A stretch of DNA of 64,000 bases. It comes from an uncultured Pseudomonadota bacterium (GTDB lineage Bacteria; JAMCPX01). Positions 1 to 9,365 of the stretch are shown here, in pieces. The DNA is taken from the NCBI GenBank assembly GCA_964547905.1, contig CAZJPN010000092.1, forward strand, positions 3,911 through 67,910. Reading direction: 5' to 3'. The notes beneath the pieces were generated by a model that had not been told where the DNA came from, made no database searches, and was given only the letters and a program-made list of their open reading frames with translations. The stretch's first letter is position 1; every line of letters begins with the position of its first letter. The position numbers and the translations under genes are program-made.

Positions 1-1999
1 AGCATTGCTTTCGGTAATATCTCTGATGTTTTCATGGCGTACAAGCTCAAAGCAGATAACGCATATCGGTGCTTACACAAGAGGACCGGTATGGGATACC
101 AATGGTAATGGCATATATTATACCTCTTACAGTGGCAAAAGTCAGATGGGTATTTTCTATGCAGGATTAAACAATGGCAAAAATAAATGGGTTGTCAGGA
201 GGAACAATGGATATACAGGCTCTCTTTGCAAGGGCAGCTTTTTCTTTTCTCAAAATGAATTTTATAAAAATTTTTATTTATACAATGATCTCTATGAGCT
301 CAATACCAAAACCGGCGGTCTAAAAAGGCTTACATACGGGTTACACGTGCACGGCCCCGATGTATCACCGGACTGTGCAAAGGTGGTTTTTGTCTCAAAT
401 ACAGCAACTACATCAGACCTGATGACATATTATTTGACAGACCCAGGCTTTATAACGACCATTGCAAGCATAAAAGGGACAGGACAATTCCTTGATCCGA
501 GATGGTCATGGGATGGCAGGCATATCGCAGTTACCGTTAAAAACAACAACGGAGAATCAGGCATAAAAATTATGGATGGTGAGGGCCGGAGTTTTACTAC
601 CGTAATATTCAACGATCATCTGAATTTGTTTCCCTCATGGTCCAGAGACGACCGGTATGTGCTTTTTTCTTCAGATATGACAGGCATAGCTAACCTGTAC
701 GCATATTCAATAACAGAAGGGGCTTTGTATCAGGTTACAAATGTTATAGGTGGTGCTTATGAATCTCAGGTGTCCCATGACAATAAAAATATAGCTTTAA
801 CTGAGTACGACGGCTCTGGGTTCAATATTTACACGATGCCGTTTTCGCCGGCTACGTTCAGGAAGGTGAACCCGGCGAGGGAATTCACTGTTGAGCAGAT
901 CAATCCGTACAAGCACCTTGAGATAAAAGAAACAAGATACTCTCCGTTTTCAACACTTTTACCAACATGGTGGCTACCGACAATTTCATTGGCAAGCGAT
1001 GCCTATTCTCTTGGTGTTTATACTGCAGGCTCTGATTTGCTCGATCATAATAATTATACGGTTCAAGTCGGTTATACAGCATACCCTTATTTACAATGGA
1101 GACCTGGATTTTCAGCCACATACGATAATACATCCTATCCGCCTGATATAGGTATTGCCGGATCGATAATACCCTCTATTGCAGCAACGTACAGGGATCC
1201 AGCCTCGGGTATCTATCATTCATACATACAACAGGACAGCAACATAGCGCTGAGTGTAACATACCCTATAAATCATGTGCGTTATAGACAGTCGGCAGGT
1301 ATCGGATATAATTATACGTATAAAGAATCGCTGACACAGCTTCCTGCTTATGTTACAAATCTTCCTTTTACCGGTGTGTTAAGCGGGGTTACGGCAAACT
1401 ACTCCATTGATACGACGTCTTTTTTTAACACATCCATAAGCAGTGAAGACGGTGTATATTTCAACACGTACTTTGAAAAGGATCTTTCATTCCTCGGCAG
1501 TGACAGGGACCTCTCTCAATCATACTCAACAATAAAAGGATACCTACCGGGCTTTGGTGTCAACCATGTTATCTATGTAAAAGGTATATATGGATTTGTG
1601 GCAGGTGCATCAAAAAATGATTCCATGTTTTCTATCGGAGGCGTCCAGCCGTTTTATGGAAATCCCGATTATACGAGTGTACCGGTAAGAGGCTATCCAG
1701 CAGGCACACTGACCGGTACACAGGCATACTCGGCAACCCTGGAGTACCGGTATCCCGCGGGCATCATAGACAGGGGTATAAGTACCCTGCCGTTTTATCT
1801 CGATAAGATATCTCTGTTCCCATTTGTTGATAGTGCAGGCAATACACATAAGTCTGTTACCTCGACGGGCATAGAATTGAATTTAGATACATATATCGGT
1901 TATCTTTTCCCGTTTCGGTTTACAATAGGATATGCTTATGCGTACAATATATATCCGGCATCATCATTTTATTTCCTTTTAGGAGAAACGATTCAGTGA
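1..1999 (+). CDS. TolB/PD40 beta-propeller plus C-terminal Omp85/BamA-like barrel protein (probably 5'-truncated by the window edge)
   Basis: PD40-like repeats (GPDVSPDCAKVVF, DPRWSWDGRHIA, FPSWSRDDRYVLFSSD) precede beta-strand-rich sequence containing the Omp85 loop-6 motif VPVRGY...LEYRYP. Confidence 0.75.
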   Translation, partial: ALLSVISLMFSWRTSSKQITHIGAYTRGPVWDTNGNGIYYTSYSGKSQMGIFYAGLNNGKNKWVVRRNNGYTGSLCKGSFFFSQNEFYKNFYLYNDLYELNTKTGGLKRLTYGLHVHGPDVSPDCAKVVFVSNTATTSDLMTYYLTDPGFITTIASIKGTGQFLDPRWSWDGRHIAVTVKNNNGESGIKIMDGEGRSFTTVIFNDHLNLFPSWSRDDRYVLFSSDMTGIANLYAYSITEGALYQVTNVIGGAYESQVSHDNKNIALTEYDGSGFNIYTMPFSPATFRKVNPAREFTVEQINPYKHLEIKETRYSPFSTLLPTWWLPTISLASDAYSLGVYTAGSDLLDHNNYTVQVGYTAYPYLQWRPGFSATYDNTSYPPDIGIAGSIIPSIAATYRDPASGIYHSYIQQDSNIALSVTYPINHVRYRQSAGIGYNYTYKESLTQLPAYVTNLPFTGVLSGVTANYSIDTTSFFNTSISSEDGVYFNTYFEKDLSFLGSDRDLSQSYSTIKGYLPGFGVNHVIYVKGIYGFVAGASKNDSMFSIGGVQPFYGNPDYTSVPVRGYPAGTLTGTQAYSATLEYRYPAGIIDRGISTLPFYLDKISLFPFVDSAGNTHKSVTSTGIELNLDTYIGYLFPFRFTIGYAYAYNIYPASSFYFLLGETIQ

Positions 2000-3330
2000 G
2001 AAATATTTATACGACGGTGGCAAGGCTTGCAGCGCCTGTTATGATAGGCATGCTGACCCAGACATTCATAAACCTGTTTGACGTCGCAATGGTCGGCAGG
2101 CTCGGTGCGGATGCAAAGACAGCACTCGCAGCGCTCGGGGTCGGCATCATAACACTCTGGGTGTTCGGCGGTGCACTGAATGCAATATCGGTCGGCATAC
2201 TCAGCCTTGTTACGCGAAGGTTTGGAGAAAAAGAATACCAGAAGGCTGGTGAAGTCCTGTTCGTCGGTATTGCCATGGCCATTGTTCTCGGGACCATGAT
2301 GGGTGTCCTCGGGTATGTAATATCAAAGCCGCTGTTCTCAATGCTTACCCACAATAAGATTGTTGCGATCGAGGGAGCAAAGTTCATAAGGTTTAGGTTT
2401 ATAGGACTGCTCCCGTTCCTTATTATCATCGTATACAAGGCATTTTTCGATGCACTGGGCAAGACCTGGGTGTTTATGTATGTGGAGATCATCATGAACA
2501 TCGTCAACGTGGTCCTGTCCTACGGCTTGATCCTTGGGCACCTGGGGTTCCCGAGGCTTGGGGTCGAAGGCGCCGGCATATCTGCAACAGTCAGTTCATT
2601 CGTTGGTGCAGTGGGCATCATCATCTATAGCTTTGAGCGCAGATACCGGGCGTTTGGTATATACAAAGTCTGCAAAGTTAACCTCAGGCTTATAAAAGAA
2701 ATCATAAGGATAAGCTACCCGGCAGCTATTGCCGCGGTGCTTACGACATTAGGGTTTGAGGCATTCATTGTCATATCCGGCAAGATCAACGTTGTAACAC
2801 AGGCAGCAACAACCATACTGACGCAGCTTGCTTCGCTGACATTTTTGCCCCTTCTTGGGTTCGGTACTGCTGCGGCAACCATGGTTGGACAGAGTCTCGG
2901 GGCAGGCAGCCCGGATCAAGCGGAAAAATACGCCTACAGCTCGATAAAACTTGGCACTATTATAACAACTGTTTTGGCTTTGGTGTTCCTATTTTTTTCT
3001 CAGCACGTTATAGGGTTGTTTACCGATACAAACGCCGTTATAACTGAAGGTTCAAAGGCATTGATCATATTCAGCCTTGCAATGGTTTTTGAAGCCATCG
3101 GCATTATAGCCAGTCAGTCGTTATTCGGGGCAGGATATACAAAGTATGTCATGGTTGTTGACGTATCTTTGCACTGGTTGATATTCGTACCTCTTTCTTA
3201 CGTGCTCGGAGTAGTTGCAGGATTAAATATTGTTGGATTATGGTTATCAGTGGACATATACGTATTCTTGCTGAGCCTGTTTATGCTTATAGGGCTAAAA
3301 ATGGGCAAGTGGAAGCTGGTGAAGATATAG
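1996..3330 (+). CDS. MATE family efflux transporter
   Basis: 444 aa, about 12 hydrophobic segments, with DVAMVGRLG, LGVEGAGISAT and VGQSLGAG motifs. Confidence 0.9.
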   Translation: MRNIYTTVARLAAPVMIGMLTQTFINLFDVAMVGRLGADAKTALAALGVGIITLWVFGGALNAISVGILSLVTRRFGEKEYQKAGEVLFVGIAMAIVLGTMMGVLGYVISKPLFSMLTHNKIVAIEGAKFIRFRFIGLLPFLIIIVYKAFFDALGKTWVFMYVEIIMNIVNVVLSYGLILGHLGFPRLGVEGAGISATVSSFVGAVGIIIYSFERRYRAFGIYKVCKVNLRLIKEIIRISYPAAIAAVLTTLGFEAFIVISGKINVVTQAATTILTQLASLTFLPLLGFGTAAATMVGQSLGAGSPDQAEKYAYSSIKLGTIITTVLALVFLFFSQHVIGLFTDTNAVITEGSKALIIFSLAMVFEAIGIIASQSLFGAGYTKYVMVVDVSLHWLIFVPLSYVLGVVAGLNIVGLWLSVDIYVFLLSLFMLIGLKMGKWKLVKI

Positions 3331-3338
3331 CACCGGGG

Positions 3339-3367
3339 TTGTCATTTTATGTTCGTGTGATTAGAAT
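3339..3367 (+). promoter_or_regulatory. sigma70-type promoter of nadA
   Basis: TTGTCA (3339-3344), a 17-nt spacer, then TAGAAT (3362-3367), ending 9 nt before the ATG; no Shine-Dalgarno. Confidence 0.6.
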
Positions 3368-3376
3368 ATTCGTACG

Positions 3377-4303
3377 ATGGAAAAAAAAGAACTTCAGAAT
3401 AGAATACGGAGACTGGTAAAAGAGAAGAATGCAATACTTCTGGCACACAACTATCAGAGGGCCGAGATACAGGAGATCGCGGATCTTACCGGTGATTCAT
3501 ATGAGTTGAGCGTTAAGGCATCGAAAACAGACGCGGATATTATTGTATTCTGCGGAGTACGATTCATGGCAGAAAGCGCCAAGATACTCTCGCCTGAAAA
3601 GACAGTGCTTTTGCCCAATGTCAATGCCGGCTGTCCCATGGCCGATATGATTACCGTACAGCAGTTGGAAGGGCTCAAATCACAGTACCCGGAAGCTGCT
3701 GTCGTAAGCTATGTAAACACAAATGCGGATGTTAAGGCACTGTCGGATGTGTGCTGTACATCGTCGAATGCGGTAAATATCGTTAAGGCTGTTAATGCAA
3801 AAGGGGTACTTTTTATACCGGACAAAAATCTCGGCAGTTATGTGAAAAAGTTCGTGGACAAGGACATGATCATCTGGAACGGCTATTGTCCCACGCACCA
3901 TCATATTTATCCTGAAGAGATAACACTGTTAAAAGAAAAATATCCCGATGCACCGTTTGTATGCCATCCCGAATGCAGACCCGAGGTTGTTGAACTCGCA
4001 GATAAGGTCGCGTCTACGTCAGGGATCTTGAAATTTGCAAGAGAAGACTCTCACAAACAGTTTATCATAGGTACTGAAGAAGGCATCATGTATCAACTCA
4101 GGAAAAACAATCCTGAAAAGGAATTCATCCTTGCTTCGCATGGATTCATATGCCCGAATATGAAAAGAACAAGGCTCGAGGATATCGTGCTCGCACTCGA
4201 GAAGAACCAATATGAAATCAAGCTGTCACCCGCAATCATAGAAAAGGCAAGACTCCCGCTCGAAAGAATGATCGAAATGAGTGCGGCTTCAGCACTCAAA
4301 TGA
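3377..4303 (+). CDS. nadA: Quinolinate synthase A
   Basis: LAHNYQ, IVFCGVRFMAE, GCPMA, GYCPTH, HPEC and CPNMK motifs. Confidence 0.97.
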   Translation: MEKKELQNRIRRLVKEKNAILLAHNYQRAEIQEIADLTGDSYELSVKASKTDADIIVFCGVRFMAESAKILSPEKTVLLPNVNAGCPMADMITVQQLEGLKSQYPEAAVVSYVNTNADVKALSDVCCTSSNAVNIVKAVNAKGVLFIPDKNLGSYVKKFVDKDMIIWNGYCPTHHHIYPEEITLLKEKYPDAPFVCHPECRPEVVELADKVASTSGILKFAREDSHKQFIIGTEEGIMYQLRKNNPEKEFILASHGFICPNMKRTRLEDIVLALEKNQYEIKLSPAIIEKARLPLERMIEMSAASALK

Positions 4304-4305
4304 CT

Positions 4306-4328
4306 TTTCCCTTATAGGGAAAGCTTTT
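4306..4328 (+). terminator. Putative intrinsic terminator after nadA
   Basis: Hairpin tttccct-tat-agggaaa followed by a short T run. Confidence 0.45.
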
Positions 4329-4502
4329 GATAAGTTATTTTACTCTAAATTTGTAATTGTTTTTGCAAGATGATATGTTACTCAAGAACAAGAACATTTC
4401 TGTTTTTAAAAATGGTATAAAATTTGCTCGTATTTATCTATAGCTATTTCAAAAAAGAGGTGGTTAAAATGCCGGCATTTAAACAATTGTTTGGTTATAA
4501 AC

Positions 4503-4794
4503 TTGGTATCATAGTTTATATATGGCTCCAAAACAACTATTACCACAAGACAGGGCTGGTATGTTCAAGGGACATGCTTTTTGCTCCCCAAAAAACTTCA
4601 GGGTGTCCTGAAGTATGACACATACGACCCTGATGTAAACATACCGGATAATCCATCTACCGTGTACACCATAGGGCTGAATTGGTTTTTTTACAACCTT
4701 GACAAGGATACAGGTTGACTACGAGATAAAAGATGTGGATAGAGCAACCAGAAATAGCAATCTCCTCGCAGCTCAAGTTCAGGTTGGATTCTGA
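4503..4794 (+). pseudogene. Remnant (C-terminal part) of an outer-membrane porin gene, OprO/OprP-like
   Basis: Manual translation: S*FIYGSKTTITTRQGWYVQGTCFLLPKKLQGVLKYDTYDPDVNIPDNPSTVYTIGLNWFF, a +1 frameshift in a T run near 4690, then TTLTRIQVDYEIKDVDRATRNSNLLAAQVQVGF*. The terminal Phe is the beta-barrel signature. Confidence 0.65.
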
Positions 4795-4858
4795 TTATGC
4801 CGCCTTCTTTTCGACATAAATTCCAAATGCATTTTTCTGGTTAATTATTGTTTCAATC

Positions 4859-4887
4859 TTTAAATTTGTTGATAAAAAATTTATAAT
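4859..4887 (+). promoter_or_regulatory. Possible sigma70 promoter for the FGE-sulfatase gene
   Basis: TTTAAA-N17-TATAAT, but in an AT-rich context where chance matches are likely. Confidence 0.35.
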
Positions 4888-4972
4888 GGAGTAGCACCAA
4901 CTATCAGAAAGGGTAGGTTTAACACAGCTCTTATATACATATAAAGAACAATCAAAAGGGCATATTACGCCT

Positions 4973-5830
4973 ATGGTAAGAGGCGTTCGTATGTTTTTTA
5001 TAATTGTAGTGCTCTCTATAGGGTGTTGGTATTGCTATAATGAAAAGAGAGTCGTGGCAAATATATTCACAAAGCAGGGCGGGGATACGGCATTACTTAT
5101 AGGCGGACTGCCTCCTCATATCAAACCCCCGCTTGGCATGGTTTATATCCCTGCTGGTTGGTTCTGGATGGGCTGTGCACCGAAAGATAATCAGTGTGAT
5201 AATGACGAAAAGCCATATCACCGTATATACCTTTCTGCATACTACATAGACAAAAATGATGTAACAGCGGATGATTATGCCAAATGTGTCAATGCCGGGG
5301 CATGCACAGTATCCGACACAAGAGGCAATTGCAATTACGGGGCACCAGGCAGAGAGAATAATCCGATAAACTGCGTTACCTGGGATCAAGCCAATACATA
5401 TTGTCAGTGGGTAGGTAAGAGATTACCAACAGAAGCAGAATGGGAAAAGGCTGCAAGAGGTACACATGGACGGATATATCCATGGGGTAATGCGTGGGAT
5501 TGTAAAAAGAGTTGTAATTCAGTAAAGCCCTGCAAACATGAAAGTACATGCCCGGTAGGTTCTTACCCAAAATATGCCTCTCCGTATGGGGTAATGGACA
5601 TGACCGGTAATGTGGCTAACTGGACAAATGATTGGTATGATGAGTATTACTATGAGAAATCGCCTTCTAAAAATCCCCAAGGACCTGATAGTGGTAAGGA
5701 ATTTGTCGTTCATAGTGGATCATGGAGTGTTTGCGTTACTCATAATTTGCGAACCTCGGATCGTAACGGGATCATTCCATTAAGAAGCAGCAGGGGGATC
5801 GGATTCCGCTGCGCACGGAGTGTTTTTTAG
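4973..5830 (+). CDS. Formylglycine-generating-enzyme (FGE-sulfatase/SUMF1) domain protein with N-terminal anchor
   Basis: MVYIPAGWFWMG, RLPTEAEWEKAARG, YPWG, DMTGNV and IGFRCA motifs. Confidence 0.9.
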   Translation: MVRGVRMFFIIVVLSIGCWYCYNEKRVVANIFTKQGGDTALLIGGLPPHIKPPLGMVYIPAGWFWMGCAPKDNQCDNDEKPYHRIYLSAYYIDKNDVTADDYAKCVNAGACTVSDTRGNCNYGAPGRENNPINCVTWDQANTYCQWVGKRLPTEAEWEKAARGTHGRIYPWGNAWDCKKSCNSVKPCKHESTCPVGSYPKYASPYGVMDMTGNVANWTNDWYDEYYYEKSPSKNPQGPDSGKEFVVHSGSWSVCVTHNLRTSDRNGIIPLRSSRGIGFRCARSVF

Positions 5831-6453
5831 CTTTTTGTCCAGGTGCGTATAAATTCACGAGCTGTATTTTCAGGGTCATGGGTATCCAGGATAGCTGAAA
5901 TTACGGCAGCCCCGTGTATGTTGTATCTCTTTAATTCGTTCAGGTTATTTATTGTAATGCCCCCTATAGCATAGACGGGAATTCTTGAAACCTTGGCTAT
6001 TTTTGCAAGCATATCAAATCCTATATAGGTACTGTCTTGTTTTGTTGATGTTGGGAAAACAGCGCCTGCACCCACATAGTCAGCGCCATTGATTTGTGCT
6101 GTTATTGCCTCTGCTTCATTTCTGACAGATAACCCTATGATCTTATCCCCGAGATATTTTTTTACGATCTTAACAGGCATATCATCCTGTCCAACATGAA
6201 CGCCATCTGAATCAACGGCAAGTGCAATATCTATTCTATCATTTACAATAAGCAGGGCATTGTATTGTCTGCATAATTGTTTGATCTTCAGTGCCTCATC
6301 ATACATTGTCCTTGTTTGTGCATCTTTTTCCCGATACTGTATGATCTTGATGCCTGCCTTTAACAGATACAGTGCCGACTGTTCGTGAGATGTCCCAAAA
6401 TCACGCGAGGTGATACCATAGATACCGTATGGAAGCTCAGGTTTTACCGACAC
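5827..6453 (-). CDS. thiE: Thiamine-phosphate synthase
   Basis: IQYREK, IVNDRIDIALA, GVHVGQDD, FPTSTK and AIGGI motifs. Confidence 0.95.
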   Translation of the reverse strand: MSVKPELPYGIYGITSRDFGTSHEQSALYLLKAGIKIIQYREKDAQTRTMYDEALKIKQLCRQYNALLIVNDRIDIALAVDSDGVHVGQDDMPVKIVKKYLGDKIIGLSVRNEAEAITAQINGADYVGAGAVFPTSTKQDSTYIGFDMLAKIAKVSRIPVYAIGGITINNLNELKRYNIHGAAVISAILDTHDPENTAREFIRTWTKS

Positions 6454-6468
6454 AGATTAACTCCATTC

Positions 6469-6496
6469 TGTCATTCCCATGAAAAGGGGAATCCAG
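6469..6496. repeat. REP-like element, GTCATTCCC...GGGAATCCAG family (single arm)
   Basis: tgtcattcccatgaaaaggggaatccag matches the arms at 9022-9115 and the partial copy at 35321. Confidence 0.7.
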
Positions 6497-6520
6497 GAAC
6501 AGGCCTGACGGCATGCATGA

Positions 6521-7309
6521 TTATTTAATCTCGACATCCGCAAGCTTATATATTTCTTCATTCAAACTATAGATCTCATCGATGAGTGCAACCATAAAAC
6601 TGCCCGGGAGCTTTGTGCGTGCTGCTGCCTTTTCACCGGCTATTTCAAAAGATGTCAGTCCTTCGATAGCCGCAGCAAAGGAATCATTATTAACCGCCAT
6701 AAAGCTTGCAATAACGGATCCCAGCATGCAGCCCGCGCCTGTAATACGTGAAAACATATCCGTACCGTTCTTTACCTTGGCGGATTGCCTGCCGTTTGAA
6801 ATATAATCTTCACGCCCTGTAATAACAGCGGTTAACCCGTACTCTTTTGCAAGTGCTTCAGCGGTTTCCAGACCGGCAGAGGTTGTGGAATCGACACCTT
6901 TTACTTTAACCTTTTCTCCGGCAAGAGACTGCATCTCACCTGCATTCCCCTTGATGACATCTACCTTTACTTCATTTAATATTTTTTTCGCTGTTTCCGT
7001 TCTGTACCTCGTTGCCCCGGCACCGACAGGATCGAGCAATACGGGTACATGTTTCTTGTTTGCCATTTTTCCGGCAGCAAGCATTGATTCAATCCAATGA
7101 TCGCTTAACGTGCCGATGTTTATATAAAGAACATTTGCAATCGAAGCCATATCTTCAACCTCCGGTCTTGCATGTGCCATAATGGGCGAGGCGCCGAGAG
7201 AGAGCGTTATATTTGCGCTCACATTCATAACGACATAGTTTGTGATGTGATGCACAAGCGGTTTAGCATTTCTGATCTTTAATAAATCAGTATAATAGTT
7301 TATAGTCAT
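6521..7309 (-). CDS. thiM: Hydroxyethylthiazole kinase
   Basis: PLVHHITNYV, GASPIMA, LLDPVGAGAT, IKGNAGE and ITGAGCML motifs. Confidence 0.95.
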   Translation of the reverse strand: MTINYYTDLLKIRNAKPLVHHITNYVVMNVSANITLSLGASPIMAHARPEVEDMASIANVLYINIGTLSDHWIESMLAAGKMANKKHVPVLLDPVGAGATRYRTETAKKILNEVKVDVIKGNAGEMQSLAGEKVKVKGVDSTTSAGLETAEALAKEYGLTAVITGREDYISNGRQSAKVKNGTDMFSRITGAGCMLGSVIASFMAVNNDSFAAAIEGLTSFEIAGEKAAARTKLPGSFMVALIDEIYSLNEEIYKLADVEIK

Positions 7310-7318
7310 TTGATATCC

Positions 7319-7741
7319 TCACTTCTTCTGCTGCAGTGCCTGATCGAGTACTGCGACACTCAGGCTTGCGCATTTCACCCTTGCAGGGTACTTCTTCACA
7401 TCAGAAAGAGCCTCGAGATCACCTAATAACTCCGAGTTGTAATTTTTTCCTGCAAGCATATTTTTGTACTCCTCCATTATCTTTCTTGTTTCTTCGATTG
7501 TCTTTCCTTTGATTGCCTCTGTTAACAGAGAAGCTGCTGATTGACTGATAGAACAGCCGTTCCCTGTAAACATGATGTCCTTTACTCTGTTGCCGTCAAA
7601 TTTGAGCTCCATTGCTATTTCATCGCCGCATAAAGGATTAGAGCCGTCCGACTTTGCATCAGGATGCTCGATATGACCGTGATTTTTTGGGTGCTGGTAG
7701 TGTTCTATGATAATTTCTTTGAATAATTCTTCAAGCGACAT
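7319..7741 (-). CDS. sufU: SufU/IscU-like sulfur acceptor
   Basis: NPLCGDEI, GCSISQS and PARVKCA motifs, with the SufU-type insert; overlaps sufS. Confidence 0.92.
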   Translation of the reverse strand: MSLEELFKEIIIEHYQHPKNHGHIEHPDAKSDGSNPLCGDEIAMELKFDGNRVKDIMFTGNGCSISQSAASLLTEAIKGKTIEETRKIMEEYKNMLAGKNYNSELLGDLEALSDVKKYPARVKCASLSVAVLDQALQQKK

Positions 7742-8966
7742 GACCGAATATCTCCTTTGTTTTCTTTAACGCCGTTACGAGTAAATCTATCTCTTGCTTT
7801 GTGTTATAGAAATAAAAGCTTGCCCTTGCCATTGCCGATACGCCGCAATCTATCATGAGCGGCTGGGCACAGTGGTGTCCCGCCCGTATTGCTATGCCTT
7901 CGTTATCGAGTATCGTGCCGATATCATGCGAATGAACGTCTTTGATATTGAATGCCATGATCCCCCCCTTTTTTGCTGAATCGAGTGGGCCATAAAGGAA
8001 AATATCCGGTACTGTCTTCATCTTTTCAAGTGCGTACGTTGTCAGCTCTCTTTCGTAAGATTCAATGGTATCCATTCCTACATTCTCAAGATACTCTATC
8101 GCTGCCTTTAAGCCTATTGCACCCTCATAATTTGGTGTACCCGCCTCAAACTTCCAAGGCAGTTCGTTGTACGTCACACTATCAAGCGTAACCCTCAGGA
8201 TCATCTCGCCGCCACTTAAAAAGGGCTCCATTGATTGGAGGTATGATTCTTTTGCGTACAGTACCCCGATACCCGTGGGACCAAGCATCTTGTGTCCTGA
8301 AATGGCGAAGAAATCGCAATCAATATCCCTGACATCGATCTTCATGTGGGGTGCACTCTGTGCACCGTCGACAACAACAGTGGCACCATGTTTGTGTGCC
8401 AGTGAGGTTATCTCTTTCACCGGATTTATGGTACCAAAAACGTTCGACATGTGGACGATACCGACAAGCCTGGTTTTGTCCGACAGCATGGATTTAAAGG
8501 TATCCATATCAAGCTCTCCGTCCATCTTCGAGGGTACGATCTTGATAATAGCACCTTTTCTGTGTGCGAGTCTGAACCATGGCACATAGTTACTGTGATG
8601 CTCCATAATGCTCACGATGATCTCATCGCCGGCCTTTATATTTGCTTCTCCCCATGTATAGGCTATAAGGTTTAATGCCTCTGTTGCGTTGCGGGTAAAG
8701 ACGATCTCCTTCGCGCTATTCGCATTGATGAACCTTCGCACGGCCTCTCTCGAATCTTCATAAGCCTGTGTCGATTCTTCTGCAAGCAGGTATACGCCTC
8801 TGTGAACATTCGCATTATAATGCTTGTAAAGATCCGATATGGCATCTATTACGACAGAAGGCTTTTGCGTGGTTGCAGCATTGTCAAGGTAGACGAGCTG
8901 CTTGTCCCTTACCATACGGGATAAAACCGGAAAATCTTTTCTTATTCGTTCAATATCCATGTACAT
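7731..8966 (-). CDS. sufS: Cysteine desulfurase, SufS subfamily
   Basis: YLDNAATTQKP, SGHKMLGPTG and the class II RAGHHCAQP motif. Confidence 0.96.
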   Translation of the reverse strand: MYMDIERIRKDFPVLSRMVRDKQLVYLDNAATTQKPSVVIDAISDLYKHYNANVHRGVYLLAEESTQAYEDSREAVRRFINANSAKEIVFTRNATEALNLIAYTWGEANIKAGDEIIVSIMEHHSNYVPWFRLAHRKGAIIKIVPSKMDGELDMDTFKSMLSDKTRLVGIVHMSNVFGTINPVKEITSLAHKHGATVVVDGAQSAPHMKIDVRDIDCDFFAISGHKMLGPTGIGVLYAKESYLQSMEPFLSGGEMILRVTLDSVTYNELPWKFEAGTPNYEGAIGLKAAIEYLENVGMDTIESYERELTTYALEKMKTVPDIFLYGPLDSAKKGGIMAFNIKDVHSHDIGTILDNEGIAIRAGHHCAQPLMIDCGVSAMARASFYFYNTKQEIDLLVTALKKTKEIFGHVA

Positions 8967-8989
8967 GCTCCATTTTTAATCTCATAATT

Positions 8990-9174
8990 CCCTGTCGCTT
9001 GCTACAGGGTTACTTCTTGCCTGTCATTCCCGTCCCGCGGAACGCGGGATAATTTCCAACGGGAATCCAGAAAAGCAAGGCAAAAAAACTGGATTCCTGC
9101 TTTTGCAGGAATGACGACGAACAAATGTATTATCCTCTCTCTCCTACCTCGCAGCTTGCTGCGAGGTAGTTCAT
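8990..9174. mobile_element. Composite non-autonomous repeat element (REPIN/MITE-like)
   Basis: Outer hairpins ccctgtcgcttgctacaggg (8990-9009) and ctacctcgcagcttgctgcgaggtag (9144-9169) enclose an inverted pair tgtcattcccg...gggaatccag (9022-9070) / ctggattcctgcttttgcaggaatgac (9089-9115). Confidence 0.65.
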
Positions 9175-9365
9175 CAAGTTATTTTATATAAAGCATTTTG
9201 GTTTGTAAATCAACAGTCAACATATTTCACTCACACCTATCCTCCCCCCGTCAAGGGGGACTTTTAGTCAACACAGTCAACGTGCCTTGTTACAAATTTA
9301 GGTTGTCCCGATGTCTGGAATGATGGTGTTCGAGTACTTATATTTTGTGAAAAGGAGCAATAACA

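Noticed and set aside
4424-4618. 64-aa ORF in the track
   Set aside because: TTG start without a Shine-Dalgarno; the overlapping alternative frame carries the porin-like signal.
8990-9310. Possible CRISPR array or riboswitch upstream of sufS
   Set aside because: There are no equal-length direct repeats with regular spacers and no cas genes, and the TPP riboswitch core motifs were not found. The hairpins match dispersed repeat families instead.
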